Source of the DNA: Owenia fusiformis
Taxonomy: Eukaryota
Reading direction: 5' to 3'
Length of the DNA stretch: 64,000 nt
Assembly: GCA_903813345.2 (NCBI GenBank)
Contig: CAIIXF020000001.1
Span: 29,884,001-29,948,000 of the forward strand
The first letter of the stretch is position 1. Every line of letters starts with the position of its first letter. The notes under the pieces were generated by a model that saw only the letters and a list, made by a program, of their open reading frames with translations, ran no database searches and was not told the DNA's origin. Below are positions 1-14,200 of this stretch, piece by piece. A program made the translations under genes and the position numbers.

Positions 1-212
1 TCAATTTTTGCACCAAAAGAGGTTCATTCTTTTCACTCCTTCTCATTGAAGAGTTTTGAAGAGCTTTTCGCTACCACTATAGACCTAGATGATCAACTTA
101 TTCTGATCTTATACACGCAGTCACTCTGTTCCGAACCGTTTCGAAATTGTTCCGTTCCGAGGCAAAATGTTCCGAACCAAACTGTTCCGATTTTTTTTTG
201 TTCCGTGACATC

Positions 213-1369
213 CATAGGCTAAGGGAAAAGTAATAGTAAGCTGTATATTAGAAGATACAGTGTCTGGGTTTGTAGAAAAAAACGGGTACCGGGTAGTAAA
301 TCCTCCATGCTGGGTTCAAACTTGGTACCCGGCACCCGGTCGAAAAAACCGGGTACCCAAAAAACGAAAAATACGATTATATAACATATTTAGATCATTA
401 GAAAACGTGTAAGATTTGTTTTGAATATACAAAAATGTATGTAACTTCCTTCAAAATTGAGCTAGAAGCTTCAAATAAAAAGCATTTTAAGGTTCGTTCC
501 TCTATCATCATGGTCATATTTTCATAGGTTATGGGGTGGGGTGCGATCGCCTATGACATTGTAAGACGTAACAATTTACACTTCAGTGGACGTTTCGTCG
601 AAAATTGGGATAACTTAAATTATGATTAATAATCAAAATCTTACACGTTGCATCATGTAAATTAACACACGTCACCTCTCTGCTAAAGTAACGATAGCTA
701 TTTACAGATTTAAATCATGATCAAAACTGTTCACGTACCAACATACGAACTATTGAAATTAGAGGTGACGAAAAATTTCGAACGGAATGCGTGACATATA
801 CGTGATTCACGTGAAAAGTCCGAACGGATTGCGTACGTTTTTTTTGGTGTTCGTATTTTTGCTGTATCGGCGAACTGTTTTAGAATTTTTTCTACAGAAA
901 TATTTTTGCTTGACAATACCAGGTAAAATGCGTATTTGCGTGACATTTTCTGGCGTGACTTCAAATTCTTCAGCAAATGCGTGACAAATACGCAAATTGC
1001 GGGACAGTTGACAGGCCTAATAACCGATGAAAATATGACCATGATGATAGAGGAAGAAAAGAGCCTTAAAATGCTTTTTATTTGAAGCTTCTGGCTCAAT
1101 TTTGAGGGAAGTTGCATACATTTTTGTATATTCAAAACAAATCTTACACGTTTTCTAATGATCTAATTATGTTGTATATTAGTATTTTTCGTTTTTTGGG
1201 TACCCGGTTTTTGACCGGGTACCGGGTACCAAGTATGAACCCAGCATGGAGGATTTACTACCCGGTACCCGGTTTTTTCTACAAACCCTACAGTGTCTTC
1301 TATATACAGCTTACTATTTATCCTGTTCCCGGACTATGGTACGGGATAACTTACTACCCTTGGCCTATG
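213..1369. mobile_element. Non-autonomous DNA transposon with ~320-bp TIRs and 8-bp TSD (P- or hAT-like)
   Basis: Termini are CATAGG...CCTATG. The inverted arms are ~213-531 and ~1020-1369. GTGACATC is an exact direct repeat at 205-212 and 1370-1377. Confidence 0.8.
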
Positions 1370-2296
1370 GTGACATCTCTAGTTTTTAGAGGACTTACAT
1401 TTAGCAGGATTGCATTCACAGCTGTAGTCCGTCAGTATGCATAGGCTAATATAGGTGCATTCATGCGCCTCTGGGCCTTTATATATATATCTGAGATTTG
1501 TCATGGCCCCAGACCCTATCAAAACTCCGATAGTCAAATAAGTCACTAGAGCCGTGGATCCACGTCTAAGGCTAATAAAAACCTAAAAGTGATCAATCAG
1601 CAAATCACAGGGCCATCTTGGATTTATAGTCTCGAATAATACTGTGATAACTCACCTGAAATGAAACCAAATGCTTTATCCTAATGTGAGATAACTCTGT
1701 ATAAAACAAATATCATATGTAACATTACATTGTTTTTTTCTCTATAAAAAACAAAACGTTGTCACAAATACAAAAAGATCCTGAAAATATCTTTATATTT
1801 CAATTAGCACTACTTTCATATTATCTAGGTCAAATTATTCCGCTAATACATACTGTCCAAATCCTTAGAATTGAAATATTAAATCATGGTATTCCTCATA
1901 CATTAGTATAACCCTAACAATAAAACACGCTTTACGTTACTTTTATTTGTAACATCGATGTACCTCGAATATTTACCATTGTACTGCTCAGCGAATTATA
2001 TTATATGTGCGTCTAATGGAAGGTGTTGTTGGGCTCCATAATCCTCCTTAGGATTATCAAAAATGAGCCCAAAACCTCGATATTTCCGACAAAATACATT
2101 AAAATATAACAAAATCAATAGGCTAAGATTTCTTACTAACATTTGGTGCAAATTTGGGACTCTGCGAAGGTGCAGTATTGAAAAAAGTTGAATGTGTATA
2201 ACCACTTGTTGTGTGACAGTCAAGTCGTCTCATTGGCTGTGACAGCTTGCTGGTGGAGAGACCGTCTGAAAAATTCGGGAGATTTTCCCAGACAAA

Positions 2297-5200
2297 ATGG
2301 ACTTTCATGCCGCTATGGAAACATTTGCAGAGGCATGGGTTGCGGCAAATACACAGACACCTGTCAATGCAGAAAGTACTGTAAGTATCGAGCCTATTTC
2401 TACATGTTTTAGTCAGAATCTTGAACTTCATTTTTATAGATCTACTTTCACTTTCATTTCCTGTTGGTCTCTTCATAAACAAATGTAAATTATTCAATGA
2501 ATTATCACATATCATCATTGAACAAGAGTTCAGAAAAAGATACAGCAGAGGTCTATGATAAAACACAAATCTAGCCACGCCATGTCAACTATCAACAACA
2601 ACTGTGTCATTTGGCAAAGACGATGAAACAGAACTGTCATTGACCTCTGTTTGAATGTTGTCATAATGTAATGATGGCTTTTTTATGTCATCACCAAAAA
2701 AGTTGTGGAATATACCTGGGGAAATATTGCTAGAGCCACTGTTTTTTTGTGACTGACACCAATGTTCATTGTCAGTATCTGTAACAAATGGTTACACTTT
2801 TGTAATTGCAAATATACAAGTAGACTATATCAGTGTAATGATATTTTGTTGTGTACCTCATACTACAAATAGGAGCCTAGCTAGTGGAAAAAGCCCATGT
2901 TCCTCTGAATGCAACTCAGGAATAATCTGCCCCCAATGAGTCCTGCATTCAGAGGATGCCAAATCAAATCACACAACATATGTCCATACATATCAGATAG
3001 GGTCTATATTATACAAATAGTGATTGCCATTGAGGGCAATAGTGTAAATTATTTCCCCAAGGGAATATCCTCTAAAATGTACTATTCCTGAAGCCACAGG
3101 CGTTGCTGTTGTCTAGTGTTACCAATATACAGGGTGGGCCAAAAAAAAACAATACCCAACTTCAAATCAGGATAAAAATAGTTACATTCAATATGGTACA
3201 TTGACTTACATACCATTTTAAAGGTTATACAATTTCAAACAATTTGGTATATAACACTATGTCATGAAATCAATAGTAAAGTTTTATTATACTTATTTGG
3301 GAGCCCGGGTCGCTATTTAAGGTCTCCAGATTTAAGGGAGAAAATAGTAAATCTGCGGAATTATGTTAATTTTTTATTTATAGAATATCATTCTTTTGTT
3401 AGGTGAATACAGGCTTGGATATTGATAATTGCATCATTGTGTGACTAAATTTATTGTTTATGAATTTCAGTGTTGTTTAATAACATTTTACACTTTATTT
3501 ATTTAAACAATTTTCACAATTGCTCAATATACCCCCACCCCCTCCCCTATGCATCAACAATAAGCTTCAAGTGGTAGCGCAATCTATCAATAGCCTTATT
3601 GAGAGATTTCTGTTGCAATTCATTTCAGCACTTTAGGATTCTGTTTCAGCACATCAAAGCTGTTTATTGGATGCTTTTGATTGTACCATTTCCTCGGGAT
3701 GGCTCCATGTATGGTAATCAAACACATTACATGTAGCATTGGGCCTATCGGATGGCCAAGCATCGAGATCAATCAAATTGACACGTTGTTTGCAAGGAAT
3801 GCCAATGTCTCCTGAGATCTATGGTACGAGGCGATGTCTTGTTGGAAAATAAAATCCTCGTCACATATACATTTAATGTCTTTTAACAGACCCCCTTTAA
3901 GTACTTATTGATAATAAACAACACTAAAATTCATAAACATTAAGTTTAGTCACACAATATGCAAATATGCAAGCATTAATTCACCTAGCAAAATGACATT
4001 CTGTAAATAAAAAATTAACATTATTCCGCAGATTTACTATTTTCTCCCTAAAATCTGGATACCTTAAATACTCCGGGCTCCCAAATAAGCATAATAAAAC
4101 TTTAATATTGATTTCATGACATAGTGTTATATACCAAATTGTTCGAAAATGATTACCTTTAAAATGATATATAAATCAATGTATCATATTGAACATAGCT
4201 ATTTTCAGTCTGATTTAAAGTTGGGTATTGGTTTTTTTTGGCCCACCCTGTATGTTACTTTGACGACTTATGTCAATGTAACACAAGCGATGGTCTAAAT
4301 GCATGAATTACAGCTTATTTAAAAATCAAATTCCAAACCAAGGGCATTTGTAAAAGCTAGACTATATTGTTTAACTTTGTGCCAAATGATAATCCGCAAT
4401 ATAACTTATACATTAGTTAAATCAAGAAAACAAAAACCCGTATCCAGGAAGTTCATCCATTTTGTTACATTGACGTTCTGTCAAAGTAACTAGTTGTGGA
4501 ACAGTGAATAATAAATGAAAACATTCTCTTCTAGGCTACACTATAACTCTATGTTACCTGAAGACAAAATACACTTTCCATGTTTCCATATCCCAACAAC
4601 CAAATTATCTTACAAAGGGATATAAAACCACTCCAAATAATTAGTGAACAAACTGTGTATATACATGGATTCATAGAGTATGACATCCTTGGCCCAAGAG
4701 TAATTCATTGCATTACAGCTATGAAAGCAGTGAAGGACCGATCTTGAAGGATGAGAGTATGAAGTATATGAAGATACTTTTAGATTGTAATCATCATTGG
4801 ACTTTGCCCTTTCTAATCTGTTAATCCACTTTTACCTGGGTTCCTCATGCAATCATATATACCTTAACAAGCTGGCTCAGCCCTGCATTGGGATAAATTC
4901 AAATTATCTTTATTATCCTTTAGCCAGATTAGCCAAATCACTTATTATTACATGGTGTGTTATACAAGGAAGATAGAAGCTTCTGCTTCTAAGCTATCTG
5001 AAAATAAGTCACTGTGAAATGCAATCAGATTAGGCAAAATGGAAAAATTGAAAATGTAAAAACAGTTCATGTTTACATTACATAGTACTAGAGGATATCT
5101 TATGATTTATGAGTGATATGATTTTTATCCATGGGGTACAGCAACATATGTCATGGTTTGAAAGGTGTACTTCATGGTTAGTAGAATATGCCAAGAATAT

Positions 5201-8200
5201 GATATTTTTGCACTGGTTACAAAAAATACCATTTTTATTTGAACATGATATCCTAGGGATATCACAGTGACTATAGAATAGATGTACATATGATATAGAT
5301 TTATTACATGATTTATTATGTGATATACAAGAAGTAAAACAATATCTAAAGATATATTGAAGGGTAGTGTCTATTGAGTTATTTCAGTACATTATATAGT
5401 GCAAATCTTTATTATGTATATGAAAATAGCATTCAAATACAGTATCAGTGAAATCTGGAAATAATATCTTGACCATATGATATTCAAAGTATTTTGAACT
5501 AATCACATGACATGATTTGACCAACCACAATCTTACTTTTTTAGAAAATGTACTCGCCTTTAAACCTTTGTGATAAAAAAATTTTGATATAGAAAAACAT
5601 GTATCTTATGAAATTTTTGAAACATTATGCATCATTTTTATTGGTCGTCGATGTAATATTAAGTTAATTATCATATTATGGTGTTATTGTGAGTTTAATG
5701 AAGCATTGAAATCACTTCTCAAAATGAATTTCATTTTAACTAAAGCTGGAACGATGAAATTGAAGCTTATTTTCAACTTGGCCTAGGAACGCTAATGAGG
5801 ATGTCTCTGATAAAACTAACATTATATTTTTCAAATTACTGTTGATGAGAAACAGGAAGAGAAGCTAAATGAATATAACAACATAACATAACATTTAAAA
5901 ATATATTTATTTCACAGTTATTGGTAGATGCTGTATTTTAGATCAGTCATTGATAATTTAATAGAATTGGGTGTATGGATTTTTCATATTTCCAGTTTAT
6001 ATGTACATGTATTCATGTTTGTACTGATAATCTCTATATTGACCTCAATTGTGATAAGGTCTAAAACACATGTTGAGTTTCTACTCTTATCTAAACCCTG
6101 CAAGCTTATCTCTATGTGTTAATAACATATTATATTGAGAGAACTGTGTGTGCTATTGCGCTGTAACCAGATATGAATGTCTAACCAAAATGACAGTAAT
6201 ATTGCATTTGTCATTCAAGTTATAATCCATGTTACCTGAGATAGCACCTAAGCAGGTACCTAGTTAGTCGGGGATACAGGTGGATACAGGTGTGATGTGG
6301 GATTAATCTACAGAAACTAGTCTTGGGTTACTATATGTGATCTCGATTTTAATTACCCTAACTCCATCCTAAGGCTTTATCCTTGGTAAACATGTAATCA
6401 AAATAATTGCAATGACAGTAGGTAAGAACAATGGACCAGATTATTAGCTAGGTATTCCAGGCTGAGCTATTGTCCTTAGAGTGTAATATAATATATTCTC
6501 TGCCATGAGAAACAATGATTCCTTTATAAGTGGTTTACAGAAATCCTAACAAATAGCTATATCTATAGGTTGTCAAAATATGTTGTCACTCATTCTGTGA
6601 TTGGTTTAACACACATCACATGACATGAAATATCCTGTAGTATTACATACCTAGCGAAGCATTTGTATGGAAGTCAATGGGAAAGTTAGCGAGCTATATC
6701 CACCGATATTGCCCGATTACCCCGATATAGCCTGCTTACCTCGTTTTGATATTAGATTTCTTTAATAACCATGATAATATCATGACGTCACGTCATTGAT
6801 ACAAAGTAACCATGGGAACAAAGGCATGTAATACATCAGTTATGTCACTATGACGTGAAATATGCCTTCGTTCTTGCCCAAATATAGAGCCTCCCAAGGT
6901 CGGCCTATATTGGGAGAACTCAGGCATATTTCACGTCATAGTGACATAACCTCTAAATATTCCCCTGTGATGCATACTGTCCATTGGTAGATAAGCGAGT
7001 CTTGTTTTGAGGAGTGAATGTCCTACTACAGTGAATAATAAAACAAACATTTCATTCTATTTTTGCTATTACTAGTTATATGAAGAATATAACCTTGTTT
7101 GGGAAGAATGCAAGATGCAGGGAAATAGGCTGCTAAAATTTTTTATCATTTTTTGAAAACATTACACACCAAATATTGATTTAGACTCAACCTGTACATT
7201 TATACTTTAAATCTATTCCAACATATTCAGGATGTGTCTGTTATGAGATTAGCTGCCAAAAATAAACAAAAACAGATATAGCCATAAATAAACAATTTTC
7301 ATTTGTTTATAGAGCCCAAAACCTGGCAACTCTCAAGACTCATTGGTGACAAAAGATTCTATTCCCTTGACTCCACAGAAAGAGGAAAAACTAGTGAAAA
7401 TGGGAATGATGAAACCTGGCAATTCCTCTGCAGCACCAGCCTCAGCAACATCAGGTATTATACTTTCACTATACTTATCTAGAGATCAAGTTTGGCTACT
7501 GATGATGGTGATACCAAATGTTACCAAATCTCAATTTTCATCTCATCTAATATCACAATTTTTCTCTGAGTGAATCAGCCTCAAAGACAGTACATCTCCA
7601 TATGTACATATCTTGTCTTTGTTAATATGACCCGATAGACTTTGATTTACAAAAAGTAGATCTTTTGTCAAAGCTGACTTCCAGTTGAGGTATTTAACAG
7701 TTTAATAAAACACAGGTACACCCTGTATCAAATGTGTGAATTTGCAGTCTAAAACTAATATGGTTGTCATCAACACCTTCTATGTATTTTAAAATCCTGG
7801 TGGTGGTTGCCTTTTAGAATTAACCTTATTCCTATGTGGCACATTTATTTTGCCAAAAAAGACGATTAGCGATAGTTTGGTGATACATATTTGCATTTGA
7901 AAAGATTAGCAGGTAAACAAGACTGGTGACATCCTACCAAAGACCACACAAAAGGATGTTGAACAAAGACTGTCTTTTAAATGTGTTTTTTATGCGTGGG
8001 TTTTTAAATCCCTAAATGCTAGGTAATAGTCTGTGCATGTGAGTTTAGCAATAGAGGATATAGAATAGATTTAAAGGTATAAACTTGTTTAATATCCGAA
8101 GTTCCTCATTAAATTAATTAAACTTCCCCGATGTATAAGTCAATTTGAGATGTAGCTTTTCAGGCTTTGATTTTAAACCATAAATCTCATCCCATTAAAA

Positions 8201-11200
8201 ACCTAATTAAAGTTTTTGTATAATCTGTTTGAGGCATTTGACATGTACATTCTTGATTTTGAGTTTAGATTGCATGGTGTTATAACTAACTGAAGATTCA
8301 TATCAAATTCCTTCAGATAGTAGATAAAATTTAATAATAAGCCGATCTTTGAAGTTTTTAAACATTGCTTTGTAAAGATTAAGTTTAGAAAATGTGAGTC
8401 TAATGTAAAGTTAATGTATGGATATTAAAGGTTTAGAGTTTAGCTTGGAGATACATGTGAAATATCTCTTTGTTTTGTGTTAGCGGGTGTCACACTTCAC
8501 CAGCCTGACTCTAAAGATTCTGACAAGGGAAGATTGAACCTATCAATCTTAAAAGAATAAATCATTCTTATGTTGGATTTAACTACCTGAAGATCTACCA
8601 AATTGTTTAACCCTATGTAGCGGGATAAGCAGATTAAGTGCCCTGTAAAATACATAGAATAGAACAGGCCAACATGCAATGTGGTAAAGGAAACAACGCT
8701 CTTTTGAGTCTGACAGCTTAGCATGTTCAGCAGCTAGACCCCTAGGGTGCTCACTTATGTGAATCAAGTTCGCCTAAGTGCCTAATAATCCAAAATAATG
8801 AAACGAAGGCCAATTAATTGCTTATTCCAATAACTCTACATTTTGGGGTAATCGCCAATTAAGAACCTGTGGGTAACCCGCTAAAGTTTGACAGTCTGAA
8901 ACTACATTATCACAGCTAGAAAATAATTCATCAAACACAAAAGCATTACAAAAGAGTAAGAAGATGCATATGCTTCCATTTTTAAGCATTTTGTGGTTCC
9001 ACACAAAAATCTGGTTCTGAATCGTCTTATGAAAGAAAATTATGATTTCATTTTCAACATGGTGTTTATAATTTCAATAGAATAATGATTGTATAAAGAA
9101 TGTGTGTATAATGTTGCATTGTATTGTGTCTACCTATACACGAGTAGGATTATTGGTAATCCATATTACTTAACGGATTATCCATGAGAGGGAATGCCTA
9201 ATTACTACAACTGTGCCTTTATTGATCCTCGTACATAACCCCAACTTAAGACATACCTCATCAGCCAATATATTGAAAACTTAGATCACATTAAGATGCA
9301 ATGCACATGTTACTGCATGTTTTAAAAATTGTTAAAAAAGATTATCCATAACCAGTATTAAAACAGGCTGTGCTTAAGCTGGCATATGGAAATGTTATGT
9401 TTTTAAGAATAACTCCATTTGTTTTGATCAGGGAGTAGATCAGAGGAAAGGGTTAAAACGAATTTATCCACCATTATTCATCCTAACCTGGCCCCATCAA
9501 AGTACGCCCTGGAACCTTTTCACAAAATTAATGCAATATTTCACAAAAGAACTGCCTTATTTCAAAATCCATTTAGGCATAAATAGGTAAGATAGAGCTT
9601 TATGAATAGCCCAGGGATTAGTGATCACCAGACCTGAAATAGAAAATGAGAAATGTTCAAAAGTTTGCATGTGACTGTACATCAGTAACGTTTCCCTTTG
9701 CTACCTTAGAAATCCCCATAGCCAAAGAGGAAATTGTAATTTTTGACAGAAAACGGCACTTTCTTAAATCTTGAGGAGACACATACAATCAACTTGTGTG
9801 AAATCAGGTATTAATGGTGTTTGATTTGAAAGGGGGTAATTTTAGTGGGATAATACTGGTTTTAATAATTTTACTGTGAACCGGAGTGTATCCTTCGATA
9901 AAAAGAGTGCCATTCTCTGTGGCCTCTCAATCAGCATGGCATGCTCTCTTACAAATCTATTCATTATAAATCCTACCATTTTTTTAAATCCATTATAAAA
10001 GTAATCTTAAATCTCAAGTGAGATTTTGAAATCCAAAGTCTATAGCCATATAGTCAGATGGCGTGATTAATATTTTTGTTTATGGATCAGTATGATTTAT
10101 TTTTCCACGAAATCTAAGATATTCTGAAACAGTTTGCTTCTTGATAATACTATCTTATAATTGTTATGAATAATGTGCATCCTTTCTGGAGACACCCCTT
10201 TCCTATAGTTACTTCCCAAACTTACTTATTGTATCAAAGGTTCAATGTGAGGGTCTTACGATCTTAAAAAATTATAGAAACACAATCCGATTTGAACTTG
10301 GAATGATTTAGATTTAGAATATTTTATGTAATAAACTCACATATTAAGGAGTATACGATGACATTGATATATGTTATGTCTCTAATTTAACACATTTTCA
10401 GATTGTTCATTGTCAGACCCATGTATCAGTTGTTGACATTGTTGCTATGCTCATTTTCAGATTGTTCATAGTCAGATTTATTATCAGATTGTTCATTGTC
10501 ACACTTATTGTCTATTGTCAAACTTATTTTCAGATTTTTTCAGATTATTCAATGTTACACTCTTTTTCAGATTTATAATTGTCAGATCCATATTCAGATT
10601 GTCCAATATCACATCTACTAGCATATTATCTATTGTCAAACTTATTTGCAGATTTTTTTCAGATTATTCATTGTTACACTCATTTTCAGATTTATCATTG
10701 TCACATCTATATTCAGATTGTTCAATGTCAAATCTACTAGCATATTATCTATTGTCAAACTCATTTTCAGATTTTTTTCAGATTATTCATTGTCACACTA
10801 ATTTTCAGATTTTTTTTCGGATTATTTATTTTCAGATCCATATACATTGTACATATTGTTCATTGTCGGATCCATTATCAGATTGTCTATTGTTACTCAT
10901 TTTTAGATTTGTCTGTTGCAAGACTCATTTTCAAAGTTAACATTGCCAGACCCTTCTTCTGATGAAAATTGATTGATTTACTGTATTTGATATAATGATT
11001 ATCGTTTAAGGTTTAACATTCATTGGTCTCTTTATTGATCTTCCTATGGATACTTTTCATTGAACCATTTTGATCACAAGAGGTCAACTTTTACACCATC
11101 TAGCTACAAGCCCTTGTGAACCCCAACTACTCATCCCAACCAATGTGAGGTGTTTAGTCAAGTAAAGGGGGATAGGGTCAAAGGGGCTTGTTGCTAGACT

Positions 11201-14200
11201 ACTACACTACTACAGGACTTTTTTGGGATGATCTAAGAGTAAGGTCAGATCAAAATCATTTTTGGGCTCAACATGGTCAGCTTATAGAATCACCATCGTG
11301 AGATATCACAGCCTTCTCTCAGTTTCCTTCTTCCTTCTTGTGCATAGCAGAGATGGTCTGAGTATCAGAATGTAGAATCACCACTCATCCATCTGTCCAT
11401 CCATACGTCTGTTTATCTGTCTGTCAGTCAACATATTTTTTTTTAATTTGGAGAAATCAGATTTTTTTCTCCATATGAGCCCAAATGGTGCCATTTTATA
11501 GTAATTTGGGAAAAGTAATATATTTTTTTAGAGGACTTTTTGGCAAAAATATGTTCTCAGAATATTTTTCAAGCAATATTGATTATATAATGTATAATGC
11601 TGTTATAGAGATATATTATCAGAATAATAGATGCTAATCACTATAATTGATAAGAATGACATGAAATTGTTTTTGAAAAGACTTACCTATTATCACCTAT
11701 TATATATATACTTCCTGCTGCACACTTTTTTTTACTTTTTTCAAAAAAGAAATCTATATATTTTCTGGTTGAATGCATGCAGATTAGCAAACCCTTTGAA
11801 AAGATTATCATAAAAATATACATGGGCTAATTCTTAATCTATTATTATAGCTCTTATAGAGCTTAACAATTATGCTATCTTAAAAAATTGTATTGGTATT
11901 CATTTGGATGTTGGTAAACATACTCAATAGACTGGTTAAATCGTGTTTGAGTCACCAAAAGTAAGTTCAGTATATAGTTTCTTTTTGATAATCTTATCTC
12001 TAAGAACATCTTTGTTGATTATTTTTCTGGAGAAGCTATTGACTTTCTTGCATGGGTTTTATTTCAAATTGATAAAGATTCATGGTTTTGGAAAATTAAC
12101 TTTTAATATGTAGGATTTCATTCTCTCACGATCATGATTCAAACTTTCCATACATCAGTAGGTCTCTAGTCTATATCAGGTTATCGTCACAAAGAAAACC
12201 TTGGGAAAATATCACATTAGATTCCTACAGTTTAATACAGTAATAATTACCTGAACCCTGTCAGCTAAATAATCTTACTGAGTACCGAAATACATTCCCA
12301 TAGAATTGAAGAACAAGCTATTCACGTGCTTAACCACTGTCAGATTTTGTTGTCCAACTGGTCGACCGTAGATAATGACCAACCCAGGTAGGGTGCGGGT
12401 ATTAGCCTAAGTCCATAGAGAGAGTGGCCGGTATCAGCGGTTAATGCCGACGAATAATGACAAATTTCTGTGGTCTGTTGAATCTTTGTAGAAATTATTA
12501 CAGCTTTTCAATTATCATTGTTGAGATTTGAAATATTAGGCAGGGAAGTTATTAATATCATCCGATTTAAAGCAGAAACGTGGGAAAATAGAATTTTTAT
12601 GGCCAGTTACTTTTCAAGTTTAGAATATCTAGGACAATGTTAATCATTCCATAGAGCAACCTCTTGAATAGTTGGTGTTAACAAAGGTTAGCGGTCCTTT
12701 ATTAATCCTCCTTTTTCTCTCCTTCACTTGGTGATCATTTCTATCTGTTTCATACTCAAAAAATCAAATTTAAAAATATAACAAAATATATAAAATACCA
12801 TGTTTCGTTTGTGTATTGTTACCTTTATATAAGTTGTTGCTTTTTGTTTTATTCTCATATGAAGCTCTGTAGTCCCAGTAAAAAACAAGAAAGATCCATT
12901 TAAATATGTCAAAAATCAGATCAAAGACATAACAAACAAGTTTAAAAACTTCCCCACAGAATTTTCTAATTTAATTTTGATTTAATATTTTTTGCTAATA
13001 ATGGCCCTGCATAAATCATAAAAAGATAGTAGTGATGCTTTTTCATGTGATTTGTGATGAATGTAAATGCCTAGATTTATCTGTCGATTATTGTCTCTAA
13101 TGATAATGGCGTGTGTCGGCCAACTGCTCATGTCATAATACAGGACATTACACAGCGCATCCTACACAACTTTGTTGATCAAATTGAAAGTTCCGTTATT
13201 TGTCTAAACAATAAATAAAGGGATGCTATTGAGCTGGGGACGTTAATACAAAGCTTGGAGGACGACAAGGTTCTTGTTGTGTCTTGTTCCCATTTATCTG
13301 AATGGAAAAACGTTAATTCATTATCATACACATAGATAATGCACCCAGGTGAAGCTACTCATCCTTTACAAACTAGAATAAAAGGATGAATTAGATTAAA
13401 AACATCATGATTAAACACATATGTCTTTTGTCATATGGTGACACCTTGCGTAAAACGAATATATTATAAGCGTATGTTGCTTTGAATAGGGCAGATGTGT
13501 GGATCAACAGGTGGGAGAGAGACCATTCATCATAAGACTTAGACTTTCACTTGTCTTTTATTTTTGACTCATCCTATTCATCTTTTAATACCGCTTGAGC
13601 GTAACTTTTTTGTGTGACTTTGATTCTTTCTTCTAGTGATATATTTACATGGAATCCTCATTATATGATGAGAAATTAAAGTTTTTAATGCGAATAGTTA
13701 TTTTATTAGATCATTATTTAATTTTACAAAGTTGTATGAGAAGATTGATCAATTCTTTTTTGATTGTTTTATCAAGTTAGTATTGTCAGCCTTGTGATCA
13801 TTCAACACAGTTGAGATTAAGTTAATACAAGATTTTTGACATCTTGGGACATTGTTTTCTGATAACACTAGTGATAGCTTTTGTCTGAAGATTTAAGTTT
13901 TTTTATAAACACTCATGTTAATGATAAATATGTCCCGAAACAATTGAATGTTGAAGATTAGTAAATGTAGGTAAAGGTTTCAAGAACAATTTTGTACATC
14001 ATATCTGCTTTTGAAGACAAATCCTTCGATTGCAATCATGCTTTAATAAGTCATCTTACAGACGTTTCTGCATTTTGAAATTTTAAAAATATTTTTTTGT
14101 GATCAGTTTTTAGTAAACTTAAGTGAATATGATAATTAGGCATATCTATTCTTATTTCATATATGTTAATGTTGATTATCGCTATATACACTCTTGTTAT

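Noticed and set aside
731-1444. Overlapping ORFs of 62-134 aa
   Set aside because: They lie essentially within the 213-1369 element, show no recognisable protein motif and have no splice support.
10515-10940. 141-aa ORF rich in S/F/L/D
   Set aside because: It is a translation of a degenerate minisatellite.
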